The notes under the pieces are model-generated. The model was not told where the DNA came from and did not search any database. It saw nothing but the letters and a program-made list of their open reading frames with translations. From assembly GCF_963921235.1 (NCBI RefSeq), contig NC_086097.1, positions 207,206,001 to 207,270,000 on the forward strand: a DNA stretch of 64,000 nt, in the 5' to 3' direction. This DNA is from Mobula hypostoma. Taxonomy: Eukaryota. The position numbers and the translations under genes are program-made. Shown here one piece after another: positions 24,900 to 37,458 of this stretch; the stretch's first letter is position 1; each line of letters starts with the position of its first letter.

Positions 24900-26140
24900 A
24901 GGGGAAGCAGTTCAAGTTCCTGAGTGTCCACATTTCAGATGATACATCCTAGGCCAAATCACAAAGGAGGTATGCCAGCAGCTCTAATTGATAGGAGTTT
25001 GAGGAGATTTCGTATATCACCGAAGACTCTTACAAATATCTATAGATGTGCAGTGGAGAACATTCTAACTGGTTGCATCACAGCCTTGTATGAAGCAGCC
25101 AATGAAGAGGATTGCAAGAGGCTGCAGAGGGTTATAGACTCAGCGAACTCCATTTGATGCACAGCTTCGTCACCAGTCAGCACAAATTCAAGAACTGATG
25201 CCTCACAAATGCAGCATTTTCCAGTAAGGATCCTTATCTTCCGGGACATGTCCTCTTCCTGTATTGCTATCAAGGAGGAGATACAGTAGCCTGAAAACCC
25301 ACACTCAGCAATTCAGAAACAGTTTCTTTCCCTCAGCCAGAAAATTTCTGAATGATCTGAATGATCTGAATGAAATTTCTGAATGCTTTGTATAAGACAT
25401 TGGTGAGGCCAAATTTGGAGTATTTGTATAAGGCATTGGTGAGGCCAAATTTGGGATATTGTGTGCAGTTCTGGTCATCTAACTACAGGAAGGATATCTG
25501 TAAGATTGAAAGAGTGCAGTGAAGATTTACTAGGATGTTGCCAGGTCTTCAGGAGTTGAGTTACAGGGAAAGATTGAACAGGATAGGACTTTATTTCTTG
25601 GGGCGTAGAAGAATGAAGGGGGGATTTGATAGAGGTTTACAAAATTATGAGGGGTATAGACAGAGTAAATGTGAATAGGCTTTTTCCACTTAGAATAGGA
25701 GAGATAAATACGAGAGAACATGGCTTCAGGGTGAAAGGGGAAAGGTTCAGGCGGAACATTAGGGGGAACTTCTTTGCTCAGAGAGTGGTGGGAGTGTGGA
25801 ATGAGCTGCCATCTGATGTGGTAAATGCAGGCTCACTCTTAAGTTTTAAGAATAAATTGGTTAGATACATGGATGGGAGAAGTCGGAGGGCTATGGACTG
25901 GCTGCAGGTCAATGGGACTAGCGGATAATGTTTTGGCACAGACTAGAAGGGCCAAATGGCCTATTTTCTGTGCTGTAGTGTTCTGTGGGTCTTTGGTTCT
26001 ATTTGTGAACCTGTGATTATACCTTGTTATTCTCTTTTGGACTATTTATTTAATTTTGTAATTTATAGTAATGTCATGTCCTTGCACTGCTATAAATCAA
26101 CAAATTTCACATCATATAGGTCAGTAATAAAATATCTGGT
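24900..26140 (+). mobile_element. Rex1-type 3' fragment interrupted by a CR1 3' fragment
   Basis: RSLRRFRISPKTLTNIYRCAVENILTGCITALY; the UTR resumes after about 26000. Confidence 0.75.
25387..26001 (+). mobile_element. 5'-truncated CR1
   Basis: IEVYKIMRGIDRV...NFFAQRVVGVWNELP, plus CR1 3' hairpin and tail. Confidence 0.9.
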
Positions 26141-26405
26141 CAAAGAATGTCATTCGATCACTCTCGGAGCCATTCAATTGGTTGGCTTGGCTGTCGTTTT
26201 AAGTGCTTGAAACTGTACTTAAATATAACACTGTGATTGATTGGATTTTGCAAGATAATTGTTCATGAATTACCTTGTAACTATTCTTTGCTTTGTAAAT
26301 ACTTAAATGTGGGTATTTAAGTGTGGATTTTAATTAATACACTTTGAGATATGAATAGTTTGAGCTGTCCAGAGACAAGAATATGAGTTATAACAGGTAA
26401 GAAAG

Positions 26406-26447
<42 letters not shown>
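26406..26447. repeat. (TG)n(TA)n microsatellite
   Basis: Direct inspection. Confidence 0.95.
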
Positions 26448-26449
<2 letters not shown>

Positions 26450-27986
26450 ATATAAATCAATATTCTGAGTCTTAATCAAACCTGAGTTATGAGTTATTTC
26501 TTACATTTTCAAATTCAGTAAGAAATAATAATGCAAGATCATCAAATAATTCTAAGCGTTCTGCTTGCCTTGGATTGACCTTAGGCCTGGAATTAACTTT
26601 TTGTAAAAATTATTTCTCTAATAAAACTAGTACCAGACATTGGGTAACAGGAAGATAAAAGCAAATTTTAAGGATATAATGTAGCAGAATAAAGTATAGT
26701 TAATACTTGTTTCTGTTAGTCAAGTAAATATATGGATGCAGGCTACCAGTAGTGTTCATACTAAGTGATTACCCTGGGCAAAACAGGATAAACCATAGAT
26801 TAAATCTTTGGGCAATTCCTCAGAATTTAATAAATCTAGACTAAGCTTCTTATTAAAGATTTCATTTCTAAAGTGAATTGTTTGTAAAAGAAAAGTAGAC
26901 ACATTTTATTAGAAATTCTTGGAGCTACAGTATGACCAAAATCTTTATCGTGTTTTCTTTTTGGATTTGAAGCAAGTTTAACATTATTTTCTTTGTGCTA
27001 ATTGAATTGACGCAACAGTAGACAATCCAAATCATCACTTACAGATGCAAATCTTCTTGACAACACACCCATATGTTACCAAAAGAAAAAAGATGGTAAA
27101 TAATTGCAAAGCATATTACCTTTTATAGTATGTATGCTGGAATTTTACAAATGCCTCTCTGGCCAGAGATGGCATTTACATTTTCAACATACTATAAATA
27201 TGCAAGGTTAAAATTCAAAACATCAGAAGTCATGCGCCATGACATCATGGGAAATCTTTGTATGAAATAAAATTAACCTCTTATTAACTCTTTTTTCATT
27301 CTCAAGAGTAACTTTCTTTTAAAATGGAACTAGTTAAAATGTCAGTAAAATGACAGAAGAGAATGGCAGATATCTAAGAGCAAAGTGCTTAGTTTAACTG
27401 TTAAATAAAACAGTATCACAATTAATTGATGACTGAACATTTAAGTTTTAACAATTCATAGAGGTCATACTCATGTTGAAAGTTAAGGATGCAGAGGGAT
27501 CTCATGTACACAATGAAGCAGGGGTATAAATGCTGAAAAATACATGGACAATAGCTGGACAATATCATCAGATATGATGTCACATTACGTGAAGTGGACG
27601 ATGTTCTCAAAATTCTGTAAGTCACTTGCCTGGAAATTGGAGTTTATGCATTTGTATAGCATTAACTGGGTGCTCTGTATAACAGTAATTTCAAATCAGA
27701 AGCCACAAGGAAAATTGTAAAACTGGGACATCTTGCTTAAAGAGATTAGTGTAGCCCACTGCCCTAAAACAGCATTAAAATATGACCAGCACATTTCACA
27801 GATGACTGTGCTGTCTGGGCTCACAGCTGCCACATCATTTGCCCAGCAACCCAAATGAAGTAGGTCAATGCTTTTCAAAGAGATGTCTCTATGATAGGCA
27901 CAAGCTGCCATGAACAAGGAGAATGTGGGTAATCATGGAAAATCCATATGAGAGAGCGGAAACAGGTGGGATCAAGGTAAAAGGGC

Positions 27987-30740
27987 ATAAATCTCAAAAC
28001 ATAAAAACAAAGAAATGTAGAAAACCTACAGCACAATACAGGCCCTTCGGCCCAAAAAGCTGTGCCGAACATGTCCCTACCTTAGAACTACCAAGGCTTT
28101 ACCCATAGCCCTCTATTTTACTGAGCTCCATGTAGCCATCCAGGAGTCTCTTAAAAGATCCGATCACTTCCGCCTCCTCCACTGCTGCCGGCAGCCCATT
28201 CCATGCACTCACCACTCTCTGCATAAAAAACTTACCCCTGACATCTCCTCTGTACCTTCTTCCAAGCACCTTAAAACTATGCACTCTTGTGCTAGCCATT
28301 CCAGCAATGGGAAAAAGCCTCTGACTATCCACACCATCAATGCCTCTCAATACCTTGTACACCTCTATCAGGTCACTTCTCATCCTCCGTCGTTCCAAGG
28401 AGAAAAGGCCGAGTTCATTCAACCTATTCTCATAAGGCATACTCCCTAATCCAGGCAACATCCTTGTAAATCTCCTCTGCACCCTTTCTATGGTTTCTAC
28501 ATCCTTCCTGTAGTGAAGCAACCAGAATTGTGCACAGTACTCCAAGTGGAGTCTGACCAGGGTCCTATATAGCTGTAACATTACCTCTTGGCTCTTAAAC
28601 TCAATCCCATGGTTGATGAAGGCCAATGCACCATATGCCTTCTTAACCACAGAGTCAACCTGCATAGCAACTTTGAGTGTCTTATGGACTCGGACCCCAA
28701 GATCCCTCTGATCCTCCACACTGCCAAGAGTCTTACCATTAATGCTATATTTTGCCATCATATTTGATCTACAAAAATGAGCCATCTCACACTATAATTT
28801 CCTGAGCAATCCTTACTCTCTTTCTTGAATAAGGGAACAACATCAGCAACCCTCCAATCCTCTGGAACCTCTCCCATCCTCATTGATGATGCAAAGATCA
28901 TTGCTAGAGGCTCAGCAATCTCCTCCCTCGCCTCCTACAGTAGCCTGGGGTATATCCCGTCTGGTCCCGGTGACTTATGCAACTTGATGCTTTCCAAAAG
29001 CTCCAGCACATCCTCTTCCTTAATATCTACATGCTCAAGCTTTTCAGTTCGCTGCAAGATCCTTTTCCGTAGTGAATACTGAAGCAAAGTATTCATTAAG
29101 TGCCTCTGCTATTTCCTCCGGTTCCATACACACTTTTCCACTGTCACACTTGATTGGTCCTATTCTCTCACGTCTTATCCTTTTTCTCTTCACATACTTG
29201 TAGAATGCCTTGGGGTTTTCCTTAATCCAGTCCACCAAGATCTTCTCATGGCCCCTTCTGGCGCTCCTAATTTCATTCTTAAGCTCCCTCCAGCTAGCCT
29301 TATTATCTTCTAGATTCCTATCATTACCTAGTTTCTTGAACCTTTTGTAAGCTCTCCTTTTCTTCTTGACTAGATTTACAACAGCCTTTGTACACCACAG
29401 TTCCTGTATCCTTCCCATATCTCATTGGAACATACCTACTCAGAACTCCACACAAATATCCCCTGAACATTTGCCACATTTCTTTCGTAGGTTTCCCTGA
29501 GAACATCTGTTTCCAATTTATGCTTCCAAGTTCCTGCCTGATAGCCTCATATTTCCCCTTGCTCCAATTAAACGTTTCCCTAACTTGTCTGTTCCTATCC
29601 CTCTCCAATGCTATGGTCAAGGAGATAGAATTGTGATAACTATCTCCAAAATGCTCTCCCAATGAGAGACCTGACACCTGACCAGATTCATTTCCCAATA
29701 CCAGATCAAGTACAGACTCTCCTCTTGTAGGCCTATCCACATTTTGTGTCAAGAAACCTTCCCGATCACACCTAACAAACTCTACCCCACCTACACCCCT
29801 CACTCTAGGGAGATGCCAATCAATATTTGGGTAACTAAATCTCCCACCACAACAACACTGTTATTATAGCAACATACATCAAAGTTGCTGGTGAACGCAG
29901 CAGGCCAAGCAGCATCTATAGGAAGAGGTGCACTCGACGTTTCAGGCCGAGACCCTTCGTCAGGACTACCTGAAGGAAGAGTTAGTATGGGATTTGAAAG
30001 TGGGAGGGGGAGGGGGAGATCCAAAATGATAGGAGAAGACAGGAGGGGGAGGGATAGAGCCGAGAGCTGGACAGGTGATAGGCAAAAGGGGATATGAGAG
30101 GATCATGGGACAGGAGGTCCGGGAAGAAAGACAAGGGGGGGTGGTGACCCAGAGGATGGGCAAGAGGTATATTCAGAGGGACAGAGGGAGAAAAAGGAGA
30201 GTGAGAGAAAGAATGTGTGCATAAAAATGAGTAACAGATGGGGTACGAGGGGGAGGTGGGGCCTTAGCGGAAGTTAGAGAAGTCGATGTTCATGCCATCA
30301 GGTTGGAGGCTACCCAGACGGAATATAAGGTGTTGTTCCTCCAACCTGAGTGTGGCTTCATCTCCACAGTAGAGGAGGCCGTGGACAGACATGTCAGAAT
30401 GGGAATGGGATGTGGAAACACTGTTATTATTACTCCTTTGCAGAATCCGTCTCCCTAACTGCTCCTCGATGTCCCTGTTACTATTAAGTAGTCTATAAAA
30501 TACACCCAGCAGAGTTATTGACCCCTTCCTATTCCTAACTTTCACCCACAGAAACTCCATAGACAACCCCTCCATGACTTCCTCCTTTACTACAGCCGTG
30601 ACACTATCTCTGATCAACAGTGCCACACCCCCACCTCTTTTGCCTCCTTCCCTATCCTTTCTGAAACAGCTAAAGCCTGGCACTTGAAGTAGCCATTCCT
30701 GTCCCTGCACCATCCTAGTCTGTGTAATGGCCACAACATC
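27987..30740 (-). mobile_element. CR1 (APE to 3' tail) with most of the RT core deleted near 28790 and a Penelope insertion
   Basis: ORFs 28099-28785, 29044-29418, 29324-29803 and 30264-30881 carry CR1 ORF2 motifs; tail at about 27987-28040. Confidence 0.9.
29868..30416 (-). mobile_element. 5'-truncated Penelope-like element (hammerhead motif at 29931-29968)
   Basis: STSHSHSDMS...LEEQHLIFRLGSLQPDGMNIDFSNFR plus pLTR. 14-bp TSD AACACTGTTATTAT at 29854-29867 and 30417-30430. Confidence 0.95.
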
Positions 30741-32729
30741 AGGGAAATGTATGGAAGAAATGTGGCAAAAGTTCAGGGGATATTTGCATGCAGTTCTGCA
30801 TAGGTACACTCCAATGGGACAGGGAAAGGATGGTAGGTTACAGGAACTGTGGTGTACAAAGGCTGCTGTAAATCTAGTCAAGAAAAAAAGAAGAGCTTAC
30901 GAAAAGTTCCAAAAACTAAGGAAAGATAGACATTTAGAAGATTATAAGGCTAACAGGAAGGAGCTTAAGAAAGAAATTAGGAGAGCCAGAAGGGGCCATG
31001 AGAAGGCCTTGGTGGACAGGATTAAGGAAAATGCCAAGACATTCTATAAGTATGTGAAGAGAAAGAGGATAAGATGTGAGAGAATAGGATCAAACAAGTG
31101 TGACAGTGGAAAATTGTGCATGGAACCGGAGGAGACAGCAACAGTACTTATGAATATTTTGCTTCAGTATTCACTACGGGAAAGGATCTTGGTGATTGTA
31201 GGGATGACTTACAGCGGACAGAAAAGCTTGAACATGTAGATATTAAGAAAGAGGATGTGCTGGACCTTTTGGAAAACATCAAGTTGGATAAGTTGCCGGG
31301 ACCGGATGAGATATACCCCAGGCTGCTGTGGGAGGTGAGGGAAGAGATTTCTGAGCCTCTGATGATGATCTTTGCATAATCAATAGGGACAGGATAGGTT
31401 CCGGAGGATTGGAGGGTTGCAGATGTTGTTCCATTATTCAAGAAAGGGAGTAGAGATAGCCCAGGAAATTATAGACCAGTGAATCTTACTTCAGTAGTTG
31501 GTAATTTGATGGAGAAGATCCTGAGAAGCAGGACTTATGAACATTTGGAGAGGCATACAGTAATATGATTAGGAATAGTCAGCATGGCCTTGTGAAAGGC
31601 AGTGCGTGCCTTACGAGCCCAATTGAATTTTTTGAGGATGTGACTAAAACATTGGTGAAGGTAGAGCAGCAGATGTAGTGCATATGGATTTCAGCAAGGC
31701 ATTTGACAATGTACCCCATGCAAGGCTTGTTGAAAAAGTAAGGATCCATGGGGACATTGCTTTGTGGATCCAGAACTGGCTTGACCGGGATGAAGAAGTG
31801 GAGGGATGGGTTAGTAAATTTGCTGATGACACTGAAGTTGGATGTGCTGTGGATAGTGTGGAGGACTGTCAGAGGTTTCAGCGGGACATTGATAGGATGC
31901 AAAACTGGACTGAGAAGAGGCAGATGGACTTCAACCCAGATAAGTGTGAGGTGGCTCATTTTGGTAGGTCAAATATGATGGCAGAATATAGTATTAATGG
32001 CAAGACTCTTGGCAGTGTGGAGGATCAGAGGGATCTTGGAGTCCGAGTCCATAGGGTACTCAAAGCAGCTACGCAGGTTGACTGTGTGGTTAAGAAGGCA
32101 TACGGTGCATTGGCCTTCATCAACCGTGGGACTGAGTTTAGGAGCCAAGAGGTAATGTTGCAGCTATATAGGACCCTGGTCAGGCCCCACTTGGAGTACT
32201 GTGCTCTGTTCTGGTCATCTCACTAGAGAAAGGATGTGGAAACCATAGAGTGGGGGCAGAGGAGATTTACAAGGATGTTGCCTGGTTTGGGGAACATGCC
32301 TTATGAGAATAGGTTGAGTGAACTTGGCCTTTTTTCCTTGGAGCGATGGAGGATGAGAGGTGACCTGATAGAGGTGTACAAGATGATGAGAGGCATTGAT
32401 CGTGTGGATAGTCAGAGGCTTTTTCCCCAAGGCCGAAATGGCAAGCATGAGAGGGCATAGTTTTAAGGTGCTTGGAAGTAGGTACAGAGGTGAAGTCAGG
32501 CATAAGCTTTTTCACACAGAGAGTGGTGAGTGCATGAAATGGGCCGCCAGTGACGGTGGTGGAGGCAGATACGATAGGGTCGTTTAAGAGATTCCTGGAC
32601 AAGCACACGGAACTCAGAAAAATAGTGGGGTATGGGTAGCCCTAGGTAATTTCTGAGGTAAGGACATGTTCGGCACAACTTTGTGGGCCGAAGGGCCTGT
32701 ATTGTGCTGTAGGTTTTCTCTGTTTCTAC
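30741..32729 (+). mobile_element. 5'-truncated CR1, same subfamily as and head-to-head with 27987-30740
   Basis: ORFs 30727-31239, 31678-32226 (DFSKAFD, KFADD) and 32236-32460. Internal deletion near 31787. CR1 tail. Confidence 0.92.
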
Positions 32730-32732
32730 GAG

Positions 32733-32890
32733 AAGCTAGAGGAACTCAGCAGACCAGGCAGCATCTAGAAAAAAGGGTAAACAGTTTCTGATGAAGGGTC
32801 TCTGCCCAAAATGCCTGATGCCTGTTGTTTACTTTTTTCCATAGATACTGTCTGGCCTGCTGAGTTCCTCCAGCATTTTGTGTGTGTTGT
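32733..32890 (+). mobile_element. Older fold-back mini-element from a second Penelope pLTR family
   Basis: Inverted arms about 32735-32784 and 32826-32874 around a hammerhead remnant CTGATGAAGGGTCTCTGCCCAAAA. Confidence 0.75.
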
Positions 32891-33023
32891 TTATAAGCTG
32901 GAGTTAATTTTTTTTAATAGAGGGCTGTTGGTATCAATGTTTATATATATAAAACAGGGATTCCTTTAAACATATAAAAATGACACCAAGTCATCCACAA
33001 TTTACTATTTTCATTAGAAAATA

Positions 33024-36000
33024 ACAGGAATTCTGCAGATGCTGGAAATTCAGGCAACATACATCAAAGTTGCTGGTGAACGCAGCAGGCCAAGCAGCAT
33101 CTGTAGGAAGAGGTGCAGTCGATGTTTCAGGCCGAGACCCTTCGTCAGGACTAACTGAAGGAAGAGTGAGTAAGGGATTTGAAAGTTGGAGGGGGAGGGG
33201 GAGATCCAAAATGATAGGAGAAGACAGGAGGGGGAGGGATGGAGCCAAGAGCTGGACAGGTGATAGGCAAAAAGGGATACGAGAGGATCATGGGACAGGA
33301 GGTCCGGGAAGAAAAACAGGGGGGTGGGGTGACCCAGAGGATGGGCAAGAGGTATATTCAGAGGGACAGAGGGAGAAAAAGGAGAGTGAGAGAAAGAATG
33401 TGTGCATAAAAAATGAGTAACAGGTGGGGTACGAGGGGGAGGTGGGGCCTTAGCGGAAGTTAGAGAAGTCGATGGTCATGCCATCAGGTTGGAGGCTACC
33501 CAGACAGAATATAAGGTGTTGTTCCTCCAACCTGAGTGTGGCTTCATCTTTACAGTAGAGGAGGCCGTGGATAGACATGTCAGAATGGGAATGGGATGTG
33601 GAATTAAAATGTTTGGCCACTGGGAGATCCTGCTTTCTCTGGCGGACAGAGCATAGATGTTCAGCAAAGCGGTCTCCCAGTCTGCGTCGGGTCTCGCCAA
33701 TATATAAAAGGCCACATCGGGAGCACCGGATGCAGTATATCACCCCAGTCGACTCACAGGTGAAGTGATGCCTCACCTGGAAGGACTGTTTGGGGCCCTG
33801 AATGGTGGTAAGGGAGGAAGTGTAAGGGCATGTGTAGCACTTGTTCCGCTTACACGGATAAGTGCCAGGAGGGAGATCAGTGGGGAGGGATGGGGGAGAC
33901 GAATGGACAAAGGAGTTGCGTAGGGAGCAATCCCTGCGGAATGCAGAGGGGGGGGAGGGAAAGATGTGCTTAGTGGTGGGATCCCGTTGGAGGTGGCGGA
34001 AGTTACGGAGAATAATATGTTGGACCCGGAGGATGGTGGGATGGTAGGTGAGGACCAAGGGAACCCTATTCCTAGTGGGGTGGCGGGAGGATGGAGTGAG
34101 AGCAGATGTACGTGAAATGGGGGAGATGTGTTTAAGAGCAGAGTTGATAGTGGAGGAAGGGAAGCCCCTTTCTTTAAAAAAGGAAGACATCTCCCTCGTC
34201 CTAGAATGAAAAGCCTCATCCTGAGAGCAGATGCGGCGGAGACGGAGGAATTGCGAGAAAGGGATGGCGTTTTTGCAAGAGACAGGGTGAGAAGAGGAAT
34301 AGTCCAGATAGCTGTGAGAGTCAGTAGGCTTATAATAGACATCAGTGGATAAGCTGTCTCCAGAGACAGAGACAGAAAGATCTAGAAAGGGGAGGGAGGT
34401 GTCGGAAATGGACCAGGTAAACTTGAGGGCAGGGTGAAAGTTGGAGGCAAAGTCAATAAAGTCAACGAGTTCTGCATGCGTGCAGGAAGCAGCGCCAATG
34501 CAGTCATCGATGTAGCAAAGGAAAAGTGGGGGACAGATACCAGAATAGGCACAGAACATAGATTGTTCCACAAAGCCAACAAAAAGGCAGGCATAGCTAG
34601 GACCCATACGGGTGCCCATAGCTACACCTTTAGTTTGGAGGAAGTGGGAGGAGCCAAAGGAGAAATTATTAAGAGTAAGGACTAATTCCGCTAGACGGAG
34701 CAGAGTGGTGGTAGAGGGGAACTGATTAGGTCTGGAATCCAAAAAGAAGCGTAGAGCTTTGAGACCTTCCTGATGGGGGATGGAAGTATATAAGGACTGG
34801 ACATCCATGGTGAAAATAAAGTGGTGGGGGCCAGGGAACTTAAAATCATCGAAAAGTTTAAGAGCGTGAGAAGTGTCACGAACATAGGTCGGAAGGGATT
34901 GAACAAGGGGTGATAAAACAGTGTCGAGGTATGCAGAAACGAGTTCGATGGGGCAGGAGCAAGCTGAGACAATAGGTCGGCCAGGACAGGCAGGTTTGTG
35001 GATCTTGGGTAGGAGGTAGAAACGGAAAGTGCGGGGTGTGAGAACCATAAGGTTGGTAGCAGTGGATGGGAGATCCCCTGAGCAGATAAAGTCGGTGATG
35101 GTGTGGGAGGCAATGGCCTGGTGCTCCTTAGTGGGGTCACGATCGAGGGGTAAATAAGAGGAGGTATCCGCGAGTTGTCGCTGTGCCTCGGCAAGGTAGA
35201 GGTCAGTACGCTAGATTACAACAGCACCCCCCTTATCGGCGGGTTTAATAATAAGGTTAGGATTAGTGCGGAGGGAGTGGAGAGCAGAGCGTTCTGAAGG
35301 AGTGAGATTGGAATGGGGACAAGGTGCGGTGAAGTCGAGACGGTTGATGTCCCGTCGGCAGTTGGCAAAAAAGAGATCCAGAGCAGGCAGAAGACCAGAG
35401 CGGGGCGTCCATGAAGAAGAGGAGGGTTGAAGACGGGAGAAGGGGTCATCGGTGGGGGTGGAAGAGTCCTTGCCGAAGAAGTAGGCTCGGAGACGGAGAC
35501 GGCGGAAGAAAAGTTCCGCATCGTGGCGAACACGGAGCTCGCTGAGGTGTGGGCGAAGGGGGACAAACGTGAGGCCCTTACTGAGGACAGAGCATTCTGC
35601 CTCCGACAGTTGAAGGTCGGAGGGGATGGTAAAGACCCGGCACGGATGAGAGCTGGGATCAGGGGGGGAGTGGGGAGGCTGGTGGTGTCAGTGGAGAGGG
35701 GAGGGTTGGGGTGAGAGGAAGATGGAGCCTCTGAGGGCCCAGGAGTTGACGGTGGGATCTGAGGAAGACGGGGCTGCGGAGTGGTGGTGGGGGAAGGGGA
35801 GACGGGAGTCACAACAGCAGCACATAAAGACCCGGCCTGGAGTTCAAGGCTGGCGTCGCAGTTGGTGGTTGCGCAATCACTTCGAATGTGTCCATGGTCG
35901 TTGCTGGAGTCCGGGTTTTGAATATGCCCTCAGGTGTTGGAGCCGGCGAGATCAATGGCAGGGGCTGCAATTGAAAGTTCATGCCTGCTAGCGTCGGGGC

Positions 36001-36624
36001 CGGCAGGCTCTGGAGTCCGTAGATGTAAGATCTTGCGATCTTTGCCTAACATGACAAAGTCAAAAAAACGGCGATTGCAGGCGTGAATCCGACGGAGGAT
36101 GAAATAACGGGTAGGACCATTACAGACGGCGAAGAAAGTGTCCCGAAGGTGTGGAAGGGTCTGGGATAGGGACACCAAGTACCTCCTCATGGCGGAGAGC
36201 GTCGCCTTCAGAGCTTGACGGGAGAAGCGGCGAGAGGCAGAGTCAATAAAATGTGAGCACCTGGGATGCTGGTGAACGCAGCAGGTCAAGCAGCATCTGT
36301 AGGAAGAGGTGCAGTCGACATTTCAGGCCGAGACCCTTCGTCAGGACTAACTGAAGGAAGAGTGAGTAAGGGATTTGAAAGCTGGAGGGGGAGGGGGAGA
36401 TCCAAAATGATAGGAGAAGACAGGAGGGGGAGGGATAGAGGCAAGAGCTGGACAGGTGATAGGCAAAAGGGGATACGAGAGGATCATGGGACAGGAGGTC
36501 TGGGAAGAAAGACAAGGGGGGGGGTGACCCAGAGGATGGGCAAGAGGTATATTCAGAGGGACAGAGGGAGAAAAAGGAGAGTGAGAGAAAGAATGTGTGC
36601 ATAAAAAATGAGTAACAGATGGGG
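33024..36624 (-). mobile_element. Near full-length Penelope-like retroelement with directly repeated pseudo-LTRs
   Basis: pLTRs at about 33024-33450 and 36267-36624, hammerhead motifs at 33116-33153 and 36312-36349. 14-bp TSD TTCATTAGAAAATA at 33010-33023 and 36625-36638. Confidence 0.96.
33450..36260 (-). pseudogene. Penelope ORF: RT plus GIY-YIG endonuclease (532-aa open segment 33450-35048; in-frame TAG at 35211-35213; N-terminal part out of frame)
   Basis: KPADKGG, FYLLPKIHK, GRPIVS, MDVQSLYTSIP, GVAMGT, YIDD, FLD, CxxxxCxxC, VIYCIRC...LYIGET, RFAEH. Confidence 0.95.
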
Positions 36625-37458
36625 TTCATTAGAAAATACATTTTTTTTAAATTCTGAGTTATTTATGGGCATCATAAGTCAATCTAATTTCTGTTGTTAG
36701 GCACTTTAAGGAGACTTGCATTCCAAAGATGTTATCACATGCATGAAATACAGCAGGAAAATAATGATGATGCTGTTTTATCTGATGCAAATTCCTAAGA
36801 AGTGGAGTTCATCAGTAAGTAGTTGCCGGATGCATGAATGGTAGGAGTGGGTGGATATTGTGTTCATAGAAAAAGCACCATATCACAATTTTCCCTGAAG
36901 TAAAGCCATATGACAAGAATTGATGCTGAAAAATATTAATTTTGAACTTAATTATTTACCCTTTATCACATAAATTTTTCTTCCATATCCCAGATTTTTT
37001 GGTTGTTATTTGTGAACTCCATAAGGATAAATTTCCAATATTCTCACTCCTGTAATATTAGGGCCACCTGTATTTCAAAACAGACTCAAATCATACCATA
37101 TATAAAAATTTGATGTTAAAACCAGGGGAAAATATCTCTAATTTCCACATATTTTACATTTACTTTTGATATCTTGAATAGAACTCCTTTTTGAGGGCCT
37201 TTGGCTCTTTCTAAAAATTGTAGGTTAAGCAAATGGCTTTCCAGTGCTTTTCCATAATAGCTAATCTGAACATTTGTTTCTGATTTTACTAACAAGGGAC
37301 GACTGGATCAAAAAGGACCAAGACTCACTCTGTTTACACTCACATGATACATCAGTAATGCAGTTATTGATTAAATTCAATTACTAGAAGAACTCCGATA
37401 ATCCATGACCCCATTATTCAGCGACCTTGATGCTTCAGCAGGTATGGCTTCCCATGAC

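Noticed and set aside
27554..27623. Possible coding exon (LDNIIRYDVTLREVDDVLKI followed by GTAAGT)
   Set aside because: No polypyrimidine acceptor, short, no recognisable protein similarity.
30264..30881. 205-aa chimeric ORF (APE plus GIY-YIG tail)
   Set aside because: It spans three TE junctions explained by a TSD-flanked insertion and the inversion junction; no sign of function.
35216..35991. Pro-rich or antisense ORFs in the Penelope N-terminal region
   Set aside because: Alternative frames of GC-rich TE sequence.
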